Virus record (IMG/VR): IMGVR_UViG_3300033182_000152
Span: 1-52,231 of that record
Origin: a virus
Lineage: Duplodnaviria > Caudoviricetes
Length of the DNA: 52,231 nucleotides
Reading direction: 5' to 3' (one strand)
The position numbers and the translations under genes were made by a program. The stretch's first letter is position 1. Each line of letters starts with the position of its first letter. The notes under the pieces were generated by a model. It saw nothing but the letters and a program-made list of their open reading frames with translations. It had not been told where the DNA came from and did not search any database. This document shows, in pieces, positions 1 through 9,294 of this stretch.

Positions 1-1204
1 TATTACGTCCTTTTCCTACAGCATCTTTAGGTTCAGGTTGCTGTGCTGGTTCTGCTGCCTTACCTGGTAAGTTTAATGTTGCGCCTGCTTGAATTTTATT
101 AGGATCCTTAATCTGCGGATTAGCCTTCATAATAGCATCAATAGTTGTTCCATTTGCTTTAGCAATCTTAGTTAAGTTATCGCCTGACTTAATCTTATAA
201 GTACTTCCGCCTGCTGCAACCTGTGCCTGATTAGTTGCTTGTTCAGCGTCAGTGTTAGCCATGTAAGAAGCATCGCCAGCATCTTCGTCGTCATCATCGT
301 CGCTTGCATTATCAGCTGGGGTTGGCGCTGCTGCTGGCGGACGTTCTACACCTACGCCATTAACAGTACCGTATGTAACGCTAGGATCTACCTTGCTCCA
401 GTCTGGATTGCCTTGTGCATCTACAGGAATCTCTGGAACACCTGTGTTAGCAGCATCGTCCATGTTATCTTCTGAACCTTGATCCGGTTGCGGATTACCG
501 CTTGCTGGATCCTTCTGCCATCCTTTAAGATCACCATACTTCATTGCCTTACCAATCTCTTCTGGAGTAGCGTAGATAATCTTTGTTTCGTTACCTTTCT
601 TCCAAATAGTTTTAGGTTTGCTTTTGTCAATGTTAAAGTTTACTAAACTGCCATTAGATTGAATGCCGCGTACTTCCGGTGCTTCGTCAATTACGTAATC
701 CTGCTTTTTTTGTGCTAAAGCAGCCATTAGTTTTTCTTTTAATTCGTCTTCAAGTGCCATTGGGTTGTCACCACCTGCTGTAGCAGGGTAAGCACCTTTT
801 TCTTTATGTAAGTCGTTACCTGACATAATAACGTCTTCATCGCTTTGATATTCTTCGTCTGGCTCGTTATCCCAACCTTCGTCAGCAATAGCATCCATCT
901 TCATGATTTTCATTTTCATGTCGTCTGCTGGACCAGGTAGTTTTTTAGCAGCACAAGGACTAGGTGGAACTTCTAAGCCTTGTGGCTTGTCCATATCCAT
1001 GTCTGGACCAGGACCAATTGAAATAGGTAATTCTGTTGGCTCGTCTTTTTTCTCAGCGCCGCCTAACTGCATAATACGCATTAAGTCACCAACTTCTTCA
1101 GCAGTGCTACCGCTCATGTTAATACTTAAATTGGCTTCGTTTAAAGTTTTCTTCTCGCCAACGATTTCGTCCATCTTTGCGATCATGTCTTTCATTGTAG
1201 TCAT
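1..1204 (-). CDS. Acidic virion-associated protein with a LysM domain (partial, runs off the window; absent from the ORF track)
   Basis: ATG at 1204-1202 overlaps the upstream stop (TAATG). Manual translation is open to position 2 ([15 protein letters not shown]...). 199-65 encodes [45 protein letters not shown], a typical LysM. Confidence 0.8.
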   Translation of the reverse strand, partial: MTTMKDMIAKMDEIVGEKKTLNEANLSINMSGSTAEEVGDLMRIMQLGGAEKKDEPTELPISIGPGPDMDMDKPQGLEVPPSPCAAKKLPGPADDMKMKIMKMDAIADEGWDNEPDEEYQSDEDVIMSGNDLHKEKGAYPATAGGDNPMALEDELKEKLMAALAQKKQDYVIDEAPEVRGIQSNGSLVNFNIDKSKPKTIWKKGNETKIIYATPEEIGKAMKYGDLKGWQKDPASGNPQPDQGSEDNMDDAANTGVPEIPVDAQGNPDWSKVDPSVTYGTVNGVGVERPPAAAPTPADNASDDDDDEDAGDASYMANTDAEQATNQAQVAAGGSTYKIKSGDNLTKIAKANGTTIDAIMKANPQIKDPNKIQAGATLNLPGKAAEPAQQPEPKDAVGKGRN

Positions 1205-1722
1205 TATTTTGCCTCCGGTGCTTTTTCGACACTTTGAATAGGATCAATGTCGCGTTCTTTACGAGCAACTTCTAATTCTTTGAGTAGATCCATTACTTGG
1301 TTGTTAGGGGATAATTTTTGATGTTCTTTTGAATTATCTTCGTAATCTGTGTCAAGCATACTTTCGTATGTTTCGTTGTCTTTTTCCTCTTGATATTCTT
1401 CAGCAGGATCATGTGGATTGCGAACAACAATTGGATTATCTTCTTGACATTCGTTTGTTAGGTACTCTTGTAATTGTGCTGAAGTTACAGGATATCCTAG
1501 TTCTACTTCCCAAGTAGTAACTTCTGAATTTTCCATGTTTGGAAAATCAATTGGACGTTTACTAATAGGTGCTCGCTTACCGGCACTCATATTTTCAACT
1601 TGATATTTTTGAAGAGCAGTTTCTAATCTACCTTCATACTCTTTTGGTAACTCGCCTGCCACACGTATTTTAAATTCATACGTTTTTTTAGACTCTGTTA
1701 GATATTCTGTAAATTTCTTCAT
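1204..1722 (-). CDS. Hypothetical phage protein (late region)
   Basis: 172-aa ORF with AGGG SD-like site and an upstream GATAAATA box. No recognisable motif. Confidence 0.7.
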   Translation of the reverse strand: MKKFTEYLTESKKTYEFKIRVAGELPKEYEGRLETALQKYQVENMSAGKRAPISKRPIDFPNMENSEVTTWEVELGYPVTSAQLQEYLTNECQEDNPIVVRNPHDPAEEYQEEKDNETYESMLDTDYEDNSKEHQKLSPNNQVMDLLKELEVARKERDIDPIQSVEKAPEAK

Positions 1723-1742
1723 ATTTGTTTCCCTAACTACAT

Positions 1743-2231
1743 CTATTTATCAATCTTTTTAAGTTTTTCTAGCAAACTGTTACGGTCTGTTACTATGGCT
1801 CCTTGCCCAGCAACTATATCTCCATCTAGTTCGCCTGAATCTTGATCTAATTTTTGCTTCTTTAATTGAAGTTCGATCATTTTAAGTTTCTTATCAAGTT
1901 TAGCAGTTTTAGCATCTAAACTTGTTTTTAACATATTGCCAGCAACTTCAAATACACGACCACTATAGCGGCTTTCAACATTCATACCTAAATCCATTAA
2001 GTCTTCATATGTTTCTAAAGCACGTCTAGCAATGTCATCTAATTCTGTATCTGCTTTTTCGCCTAATCCTTTAACACTAGGCAATGCCGCAGAAATCTTA
2101 TCAAATTCTGCTAACGCATCAAATGTTTCATCTACTTCTTCAGATACTTTTTTTGGAACACTGTTCTTAGGTTCTTGTGTAAGTTCCTGATTTTCAGGTA
2201 GATTTAATAATTCTTCTAATTTTTTGGTCAT
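1743..2231 (-). CDS. Probable terminase small subunit (T4 gp16-like)
   Basis: Helical 162-aa protein. GRVFEVAGNMLKT resembles the RAYEVAGQLIK motif of T4-like small terminases, followed by a coiled coil and a C-terminal 'DRNSLLEKLK'. Confidence 0.55.
   Translation of the reverse strand: MTKKLEELLNLPENQELTQEPKNSVPKKVSEEVDETFDALAEFDKISAALPSVKGLGEKADTELDDIARRALETYEDLMDLGMNVESRYSGRVFEVAGNMLKTSLDAKTAKLDKKLKMIELQLKKQKLDQDSGELDGDIVAGQGAIVTDRNSLLEKLKKIDK
1744..1751 (-). promoter_or_regulatory. T4-like late promoter box GATAAATA
   Basis: Matches T4 TATAAATA except the first base. The same box recurs upstream of other structural genes. Confidence 0.55.
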
Positions 2232-2258
2232 GTTAAAATACCGTACTTTATACTACTA

Positions 2259-2266
2259 TATTTATA
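2259..2266 (-). promoter_or_regulatory. T4 late promoter TATAAATA
   Basis: Exact T4 late consensus in the intergenic gap upstream of 2231. Confidence 0.65.
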
Positions 2267-2274
2267 TTAATAGA

Positions 2275-2712
2275 TTATCGACGACGGCCTTGATGGAAAA
2301 TGTCTTTTTCAGTTATTACACGGAAGTGTATTTTCTTTTGTTTACACCAAGCTCTTGCTGCTTCCCACTTTGCTTGGTTTCTAACCCAGTGTGCTTGGTT
2401 AGCACGACTACGTCCTAACTTTTCTTTTAGTGTTTGGTTTTCAGGTTTTACTTCTATTAGTTCTACACGATTACTTCCGTTTCTATCAGTATAAACTATA
2501 AAGAAGTCTGGAACATAAATTGTATATTTTCCTGTTAAAGGATCTCTATAAGGTATTTGTATTGCTTCACTTGCCCATTGTGATACATTAGGATTTTCAT
2601 CACAAAATTTCATAAAAGCAAATTCCCAGCTTGAACGATATGTAGGTGTTCTATTACCTGCGTACTTCTGTGGGTTTTTGAGATTGAATTTTCCTTGGGC
2701 AAACTTTGGCAT
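2275..2712 (-). CDS. gp4: Head completion nuclease (T4 gp4-like, TnsA-type PD-(D/E)xK)
   Basis: Motifs YRSSWE, W.SE...IPY, YVPDF, LIEVKP, NQAKWEAA and F.VITE. Confidence 0.88.
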   Translation of the reverse strand: MPKFAQGKFNLKNPQKYAGNRTPTYRSSWEFAFMKFCDENPNVSQWASEAIQIPYRDPLTGKYTIYVPDFFIVYTDRNGSNRVELIEVKPENQTLKEKLGRSRANQAHWVRNQAKWEAARAWCKQKKIHFRVITEKDIFHQGRRR

Positions 2713-3071
2713 TACGGAAGTATGTTTCTACTGTCAAGGCTTTGTATTTTGTTGCTATTTGTTAAACCAACAGCACTTGTTTTAGGTCTGTTAGCATTAA
2801 TAACATCTGCTACTACTTTGCTTATTTGAACTTCATCTAGACCTTTTAAAGTATCTAATACTTCAAATACTGGAACATTTTCAAACTTGGCTTGTTGTAG
2901 TAATGCTGTAGCAACTGATATAGCAGATTGTTTTTCAAATCCTCTACGAGTAAAAAACGATACAACTGCGTCAACTTCATTTGCTGGATATGAAATTTCT
3001 ACAGTATAATACTGATTAAAAAAACTTTTTGTATCTGTAGATTTAGGTTGTGTTTCTAAGTTAGTACTCAT
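2712..3071 (-). CDS. Hypothetical phage protein
   Basis: 119-aa ORF overlapping both neighbours at stop/start. Confidence 0.7.
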   Translation of the reverse strand: MSTNLETQPKSTDTKSFFNQYYTVEISYPANEVDAVVSFFTRRGFEKQSAISVATALLQQAKFENVPVFEVLDTLKGLDEVQISKVVADVINANRPKTSAVGLTNSNKIQSLDSRNILP

Positions 3072-4408
3072 GATGCTTTAATCTCTTTGTTGATTACTGT
3101 TAGTGCTTGATCACGATATTCTTGTTTCTTAGTATCAGTTAAACTATCAAATGCTGCTTTGATTGTGTTTAAATCTGCTTCGCCATTTTCTTGTATGTAT
3201 TCTCTTTTAAATACGTTTGACATTGTAAAGTCATCTAATTTCTTAACACTTGAAGTAATAGATGCTACATTAGCAGAAACATTATTACCTACAGTAGAAC
3301 CACTGTTAGCACTAATATTTGTATTTAATGAAGCAGTATCAGTAGATGCGCTAGGTGTGGTAAATGTTGTGTCAGTTAATCCACCTAATGCTACTCCACT
3401 TACTGCTTGTAATCCGCCAGTTAAAAGATTTAATCCTTCTTGTTTTATACCTGAACTATTAAGTTGCTTAAAGTTTTTATATGTGTTAGCACCAGTGATA
3501 ATAGTTTTTAATAAGCCTCCGGCAGTTTTAACTTTGCCGCTACCAATTAAATCAAATATATCAGCAACACCTTCAACTACGCCGCCAGCACCAAATATTG
3601 TAGGTGTGCCGCCACCTGCTGCTGAAATTGGACTAGGTTGTTTATCGTAATGATACTTAGCAAAGCCTTGTGGGCTATCTTCGCCAACAATGCCTGGCTC
3701 ATGATATAAAACTGCTTCGTATGCTACAGACATTTGACTTTCTGCTAGACCGCCGCTTTCGGCAGACGCAACAGTGTCGTGGCTCCAACTAACAATAACA
3801 GGATTTACAAGTGTGTAAGTAAAGTGTCTGTGTCTTGATAATTGGCTAATTTGAATACTTGTAAAGAATCTTTTTGTTCTATTACCGGTATTATAATCCA
3901 TACCGTATTTTGTTGAGTTACTACGACTATAAGCATTTGCTGTATCGAATGCTCCTTGAGCTCCTCCGGAAGTTGGATTACCTAATGAGTCAGATGCTAA
4001 TCCAACATAGTTTCCATCTGCTGCTATGTAATTGTAATATGCTTTCCACATATCAGTAGTAGTGTTATTATTGTCGTCGTGGAATGTAATATTAACTGGA
4101 TCGTAGTTTATTTTAGTTGTAACAATTTTCTTTCTGTTATACTGATTAATAGTACTAGAATCCATATTAAATCTAGGCATATCAGCACTTTTAACTAATA
4201 ACGGAAGTTCATACGTATTAAGTCCGTTAACATTAACACTCGGATTAATATTGAATACTACGTGATATAGAAACTTAGTTTTAGGTGCTAGTTTAAAATA
4301 GTCGTCCGTAAAGGTACGAGCAGCGTGTTGATAATCACCTAAGTTACCTTTGGGATTAAGTAAGCCGTTTTGTAAGTTGTCTAAGAATCCATTAAGTTTG
4401 TTTGCCAT
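3068..4408 (-). CDS. Tail tube-fold protein, probable baseplate tube initiator (gp48/gp54-like)
   Basis: N-terminal VKSADMPRFNMD...QYNRK...INYDPVNITFHDD is tube-like. It lies directly downstream of the tail tube gene. Confidence 0.6.
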   Translation of the reverse strand: MANKLNGFLDNLQNGLLNPKGNLGDYQHAARTFTDDYFKLAPKTKFLYHVVFNINPSVNVNGLNTYELPLLVKSADMPRFNMDSSTINQYNRKKIVTTKINYDPVNITFHDDNNNTTTDMWKAYYNYIAADGNYVGLASDSLGNPTSGGAQGAFDTANAYSRSNSTKYGMDYNTGNRTKRFFTSIQISQLSRHRHFTYTLVNPVIVSWSHDTVASAESGGLAESQMSVAYEAVLYHEPGIVGEDSPQGFAKYHYDKQPSPISAAGGGTPTIFGAGGVVEGVADIFDLIGSGKVKTAGGLLKTIITGANTYKNFKQLNSSGIKQEGLNLLTGGLQAVSGVALGGLTDTTFTTPSASTDTASLNTNISANSGSTVGNNVSANVASITSSVKKLDDFTMSNVFKREYIQENGEADLNTIKAAFDSLTDTKKQEYRDQALTVINKEIKAS

Positions 4409-4413
4409 AATAA

Positions 4414-4421
4414 TATTTATC
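4414..4421 (-). promoter_or_regulatory. Late promoter box GATAAATA, 5 nt before the ATG
   Basis: GATAAATA-TTATT-ATG with no SD. Confidence 0.6.
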
Positions 4422-4446
4422 CATCGATATTATATGCGTACATAAT

Positions 4447-4470
4447 AAAAAAGGGTGCTCTAGGCACCCT
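4447..4470 (-). terminator. Intrinsic terminator after the tail tube gene
   Basis: Stem AGGGTGC/GCACCCT with a 5-nt loop, followed by a U-run on the minus strand. Confidence 0.8.
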
Positions 4471-4496
4471 CTTCTATTTCTTCAACTCTTTTTATA

Positions 4497-5123
4497 TTAT
4501 GCGCCGCCGCCAGTTACTAATGAACCTATTGTACGACCAACGTTTGTTCCAATACCGGTACCTTGTGGTGTTTGGACTGCGTTATCGTAACGAATAGACA
4601 TTGTAACAGTTACTGGTTCGTTCGCTGAATAACTTAACTGATTGTAGTTTGCGTTTTCTACGTAGCAACCATAAAGTTCAAACGTTTCTAGTACGTTAGG
4701 TGTGTTAGCACCGTTACCACCGTCTAAGATTTCAATACGTGTAGTGAATTTATAGTCAATACCCGAAGCAGCACTTGACTGCTCGAAGAAGTCGAATTGC
4801 TTCTGTAGTTGCTCACCAACTAGTTTTTGTACATTGTTGTTTACATCTTCACGTAAGTTAATAGTAATTGGTTCCCAACTATGTTTACCTGCTAGATAAA
4901 CACGTGAGTTGTAAACATCAAGTGTCATTTGCTCAAAACCTACAGTTGGACGAGTTACGTCTACAACTTGTTTTGTAAGTTCTGTAGTTGGTGTACTGAC
5001 ACCAAAGTTTTCTAAAGTAAGGCGGAAGCGATACTGTAGTTTCGGCATCAACAGACCTTGGCTAGCAGCGGAGTCGCTACTTGCTAAAGGTACTGTAAAT
5101 TTTGAAAGAGTTGAAATAGCCAT
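4497..5123 (-). CDS. gp19: Tail tube protein (T4 gp19-like)
   Basis: 208 aa directly downstream of the sheath. Motifs PKLQYRFR, YLAGKHSWEPITINLRED, FELYGCY and IRYDNA. Confidence 0.85.
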   Translation of the reverse strand: MAISTLSKFTVPLASSDSAASQGLLMPKLQYRFRLTLENFGVSTPTTELTKQVVDVTRPTVGFEQMTLDVYNSRVYLAGKHSWEPITINLREDVNNNVQKLVGEQLQKQFDFFEQSSAASGIDYKFTTRIEILDGGNGANTPNVLETFELYGCYVENANYNQLSYSANEPVTVTMSIRYDNAVQTPQGTGIGTNVGRTIGSLVTGGGA

Positions 5124-5147
5124 TATATGCTCCTAATCTGTTTATAT

Positions 5148-5155
5148 TATTTATC
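5148..5155 (-). promoter_or_regulatory. Late promoter box GATAAATA for the tube gene
   Basis: Lies between the sheath stop and the AGGAG SD of the tube gene. Confidence 0.6.
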
Positions 5156-8100
5156 TTAACCTAAACCTGCGATCTCTCCAGTATTTTTAAGTCTTAATGG
5201 AATGTAGATAAATTCAACTGACTTAACTGGTTCAATAGCAATGTCCACGTAAAGTTGGTTTCTATCAATACGTGCTGGCGTATTGTTAGATTCGTCACAA
5301 ACAACTAGGAAGTCATAAAGAGCTCTTTGTCCTACTAGTTCAAGCATAATGCTTTCAACTTGTTGTTTAATCTCATCACGTGTAATCTTATCGTTAGGTT
5401 CAAAGATATATGGCTTAGCCAATTTGTTCAACTGTGAACGTAAGTAAACTACTAAACGTGCTACGTTAATTCTATCTAAAGCACTTGCGTTTTTAGCACG
5501 AGTCTTTTGACCCATACAAACAACACCACTACCAGTAATAAATGTAATTGGGTTAGTGTTAACACTGTAAAGGATATCTCTTTGACCTTCGTTCAATGCT
5601 ATTGATTTAAATTCGCCTTCAGCATCAATGTAACCAACTGCTGATGCGTTAGTTACGCCACCACGTCTAGTACCTGCTGGAGCAAACCATGGGTAACTAA
5701 CTTGGTCACTTAACGCAATAGTTCTTAGCATCATGTGACTTGCTGGAACAACAACGTTGTTACCAAAGTTGTCACTAGTAAAGCCTGATGGATAATAAAT
5801 GCCTAAGTATTCGTCTGAAGTAACTAAACCGTCGTCGTTATCTTCAACTGCTAGAGCAACGTTTTTACCCCAGTTGTTAAGAGCAGTACCATTAGATTCT
5901 AGTCTAAATGGAGTGTCGCCTACAACAAACGCAGTTAAGCCACGATCGTAGTTTAGTGTAACCATTTCGCCAATTAACTCAGGATATCCTGGTGTAGCAA
6001 TTAGGTTAAAGTTTAATGTTTCTTCATCACGGATTTCATCGTTGCTGTTAACAAGTGCTTGTAGTGCCTTAACAACAACTTTACGTTGTGCGTGACGTCC
6101 AAATGCGCCTGAACCATCTTCGTTGTTAGTAGAAACAGTTACCCAACGGTGTGGATAGTAGTTGCTCATGCTAACCCCACCTTGACGCTCATTATCTGCT
6201 GTTGTATCAATGTAGTTACGAACAAACTTCTTAACGTTAAATCCGCTTCTACGTGTATTCCAAAGAATCATACCACGTGGATAAAGTGCTGGATCTGGAG
6301 CATCTGGATCTAAGAAGTCGTTAGTTAACAAGTCTGTAATATCGCCTTCTAAGATGCCTTCTGAATTACCACCTGATAAGCCCCAACGTGCGTCAGCAAA
6401 TAGAACGCCGTCTTCTGAAGTTTGATCAGTGTTATCTAGTAATTCCCAAGCACCGCCTAGTGAATATCTATAAATTTGTGGATACTCTTCTAAGTCCGAA
6501 GTATCAATCCAAATGTCACCAAATGTTAATGGAGTAACACCGTCTGCTTTAATAGTAGGCTGTGTAGCACTAATAATAGGACCAGTGTAATCTGAGAATA
6601 CGTTTTTGTAACCTCTCCAAGTTGTGCCATCGTGGATCATTAAGTCTACTTCGTCAACAATTGAGTTGTACCATAGAGCGCCATCTGCTGTTAATGAAGT
6701 AGGATTGTCAGCACTACAATTAGGTGCTAAGTATCTCCAACCACTAGCAACAAAGTTGTGCTCACTGTCGCCTACTGGTGCGCCATATAAGTTTGCTGTA
6801 CCATTGCCCGGGCCTTGATAAGCAGTAAATCCTGCTTTAGCAAAAGGAGTATTAGTATCATCACTAATACGGAATTCGCCGCCTAATCCATGTGTAATAA
6901 CAACTCTGTTGTTACTATCAACACTTGCTGTTACGTTTGTTAATCCCATACCGTTAACACTTGCAGCAAAAGCACTAGCATCTGCTTGAGCATTGCCTGT
7001 AGTAATAAATGAACCTAGTCCAGTAACTAAAGCACTGCTGTTAGCACGTGATTCACTAATTTTGTAATCGTAAGCTGGTGCTTCATCAAATGTAGTTGCT
7101 GTAATAGGACTTGAAACAATACTAACTGCGCCTAATACTTCTCTACGGAAGAACTTAATGTTTGCTAATGCTGGATCAGAATCTGCGCCAGCAGTTTCGC
7201 CTGCGTTAGTTTGAATGTAAACTGTACCTACGCCAATGTTTGCGCCGCCTGCTTCTCTATCCAAGTTGTAAATTGCTGCTTGGTTTGAAGCATATAACGG
7301 AGCACTAACTTCGTCCCAAAGTTTAGTAGCGTTGTTCCATAAGTTTAATCTGTAACGAGAGCCGCCGTTTGGATCAGTTGTTTTAACCCAAATACTTCCG
7401 CTTGGACGAGGATTACTATCAACTGACTTAAATTCTGGCACACTAGTATGTGCTGAAATTTGTAGTCTTGGCGGGTAGTAAGTTCCAACAGCAACACCAA
7501 TATCACTATCTTCTGCGTTAGCAGTAACAAGTGTTCCGCCTAGTGTAATACCGTTTGAACTATCAGTTTCTTCTGCTGTATTATCTAAAGCATTGCTTAC
7601 ATAAATTTCTAACTTACCGTTAACAACAGCCGCTTGTACATAACTTTGTTTACCTGCGGCAGTAATTTCACTGTTGATTTCACTAACCAATGTATCAAGT
7701 GTTTGTGCGCCTGCGTTTGGAACTGTAGCACTTACAGCTAAGCCAGAACCTGTAATTGTAAACGTGTCGCCGCCTTGAACGGTTGGATTTGCTTTAGTAC
7801 CAGTAACAGTAGCCCAATCCATAGACCAAGCATTGCTGCCTACTTCTACCCAAACGTTATTTTTTGTTTTATACCAAATACGTTTAATAGGATAATCAGT
7901 AATAGCAACAACAGCGTAATCACCAATAGCACCAACTGAATTAAGTGGAGCATATGGTGAAGCAATGTTTACTTGACTTTCGTCTGTAATAACAATAGGT
8001 GAAGTTGATTTAAATTTTTGTCCGCCAGTGGTAGTAGCAGCATTACCATTCCACTCAAAAATACCATAACTTGTAGCACTAGTGTCTAACCAATAAGTGC

Positions 8101-8497
8101 CTGCGTCTGGATTTCCTGCTGGTGCTTCTGAAGTAGCAGTTAGTTCTGTTGTGTCTAAATCAGCACGTACAATGTATGCTCTGTTAGCAACGCCTAAGAA
8201 TGAATAAGCAGCCTGTAAGCCGTATTCATTTTGTTCGCCGCCGTGTATTGATGCGCCACTAGCATCAGTGTAAAATGTTGGGTCGCCAAATGTTTCAGCA
8301 AGGTCACGTTGTGATGTAATTGTATAAACCTTACCTGCGTTTTCTTTTTGTGTACCTGGAGCAACTCCTGTCCCAGATGAATTTGTTTTATCTTGCCCTG
8401 ACGCAACGATAATCAGTGGTGTTGTACCTGGTTCAGCGGGAGTGTAAAAACTCTCATCAATTACGCTAACCTGTACGCCTGGTGATTCTAAAGCCAT
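5156..8497 (-). CDS. gp18: Tail sheath protein (T4 gp18-like), 1113 aa
   Basis: Start reassigned to MALESPGVQVSVIDES with SD AGGAG. C-terminal sheath motifs PWFAPAGTRRG, ALDRINVARL, FEPND, VVCDESNNTP and PVKSVEFIYI. Confidence 0.95.
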   Translation of the reverse strand: MALESPGVQVSVIDESFYTPAEPGTTPLIIVASGQDKTNSSGTGVAPGTQKENAGKVYTITSQRDLAETFGDPTFYTDASGASIHGGEQNEYGLQAAYSFLGVANRAYIVRADLDTTELTATSEAPAGNPDAGTYWLDTSATSYGIFEWNGNAATTTGGQKFKSTSPIVITDESQVNIASPYAPLNSVGAIGDYAVVAITDYPIKRIWYKTKNNVWVEVGSNAWSMDWATVTGTKANPTVQGGDTFTITGSGLAVSATVPNAGAQTLDTLVSEINSEITAAGKQSYVQAAVVNGKLEIYVSNALDNTAEETDSSNGITLGGTLVTANAEDSDIGVAVGTYYPPRLQISAHTSVPEFKSVDSNPRPSGSIWVKTTDPNGGSRYRLNLWNNATKLWDEVSAPLYASNQAAIYNLDREAGGANIGVGTVYIQTNAGETAGADSDPALANIKFFRREVLGAVSIVSSPITATTFDEAPAYDYKISESRANSSALVTGLGSFITTGNAQADASAFAASVNGMGLTNVTASVDSNNRVVITHGLGGEFRISDDTNTPFAKAGFTAYQGPGNGTANLYGAPVGDSEHNFVASGWRYLAPNCSADNPTSLTADGALWYNSIVDEVDLMIHDGTTWRGYKNVFSDYTGPIISATQPTIKADGVTPLTFGDIWIDTSDLEEYPQIYRYSLGGAWELLDNTDQTSEDGVLFADARWGLSGGNSEGILEGDITDLLTNDFLDPDAPDPALYPRGMILWNTRRSGFNVKKFVRNYIDTTADNERQGGVSMSNYYPHRWVTVSTNNEDGSGAFGRHAQRKVVVKALQALVNSNDEIRDEETLNFNLIATPGYPELIGEMVTLNYDRGLTAFVVGDTPFRLESNGTALNNWGKNVALAVEDNDDGLVTSDEYLGIYYPSGFTSDNFGNNVVVPASHMMLRTIALSDQVSYPWFAPAGTRRGGVTNASAVGYIDAEGEFKSIALNEGQRDILYSVNTNPITFITGSGVVCMGQKTRAKNASALDRINVARLVVYLRSQLNKLAKPYIFEPNDKITRDEIKQQVESIMLELVGQRALYDFLVVCDESNNTPARIDRNQLYVDIAIEPVKSVEFIYIPLRLKNTGEIAGLG

Positions 8498-8535
8498 GTG
8501 TTTTTCTCCTATTGAGCGTTTACTACTGTTACTAT

Positions 8536-8543
8536 TATTTAGC
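8536..8543 (-). promoter_or_regulatory. Late promoter variant GCTAAATA for the sheath gene
   Basis: TAAATA core at the expected position upstream of the SD. Confidence 0.5.
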
Positions 8544-8604
8544 AGATAAAATGAAAAATACTGTTCTAAATGCCGTAAAAAAGGGACCGAAAAGGTGAGG
8601 TTTA

Positions 8605-8612
8605 AATAAATA
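8605..8612 (+). promoter_or_regulatory. Late promoter box AATAAATA, 7 nt before the HNH ATG
   Basis: AATAAATA-CACTGGA-ATG. Confidence 0.5.
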
Positions 8613-8619
8613 CACTGGA

Positions 8620-8955
8620 ATGAGACCATTATGTAAGTGCGGACAGCGTCCTGCTGCTATAAATTATAAAAAAGGAGACAGAACTTACTATCGTAAGCTC
8701 TGCGAAACCTGTTTACGAAATGGTTTAGGACACGGTATTCCTAAATGGAAGCAACGTGGATATGAGAAAAAGAATTTCTGTGAGAAGTGTGGCTACAAAT
8801 CAAGACACGAAGAACAGTTTAATGTATACCACATAGACGGTGATTTGAACAACTGTCGTCCAACTAACTTAAAAACTATCTGTGCTAATTGTCAACGGAT
8901 CCTTCAAAAAGAAGGAGTTAAGTGGAAACAGGGAGATCTTGTTCCGGACTTTTAA
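8620..8955 (+). CDS. HNH-family zinc-finger protein
   Basis: CKC..CETC, CEKC, and YHIDGDLNNCRPTNLKTICANC (HNH core). Confidence 0.8.
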   Translation: MRPLCKCGQRPAAINYKKGDRTYYRKLCETCLRNGLGHGIPKWKQRGYEKKNFCEKCGYKSRHEEQFNVYHIDGDLNNCRPTNLKTICANCQRILQKEGVKWKQGDLVPDF

Positions 8956-9191
8956 CAGTCACCGTATTTTTCTAGTCGCGCAATCTCTGCGTCAATATAA
9001 TATTTGATCTTTTTAGCATCACGCAGTCTTGGTGAATGCTCTACCTGTCCATAACGATAAACAGCACGAAAGATTTCGGCCATCTGCCCGTTCATGTTCT
9101 TGTAGGAAATTAGATGCTGTAATTCTTTAGCATCTTCTGGTAGCTCATAATAGTTTGCTGTTGAGCCGTCGCTTACTTCTTTTTTAGCCAT
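8952..9191 (-). CDS. DUF3310-like small phage protein
   Basis: YYELP...ELQHLI...AEIFRAVYRYG...RDAKKIKYY pattern. SD GAGG. Confidence 0.6.
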   Translation of the reverse strand: MAKKEVSDGSTANYYELPEDAKELQHLISYKNMNGQMAEIFRAVYRYGQVEHSPRLRDAKKIKYYIDAEIARLEKYGDC

Positions 9192-9215
9192 ATAGTCCTC
9201 GCTAGTTTTTTAACT

Positions 9216-9244
9216 ATTATACACAAGGATGCGGTGCGTGTCAA
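9216..9244 (-). promoter_or_regulatory. Consensus sigma70 (early-type) promoter
   Basis: TTGACA (9244-9239), 17-nt spacer, TATAAT (9221-9216), upstream of 9191. Confidence 0.85.
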
Positions 9245-9294
9245 CCTTTAATTATATCCACGTCCTACAATTTTATCTATATCTTCGTGTTCCA

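Noticed and set aside
239-1241. Plus-strand ORFs 239-475 and 903-1241
   Set aside because: They are antisense shadows of the real minus-strand LysM gene.
2275-2712. TnsA transposase / Tn7 element
   Set aside because: The same fold is T4 gp4. The context is head/tail genes, with no TnsB/TnsC or terminal repeats.
8498-8629. 44-aa N-terminal extension of the tail sheath in the ORF track
   Set aside because: The conserved sheath N-terminus and an AGGAG SD point to ATG 8497. The extension spans promoter DNA and the HNH start.
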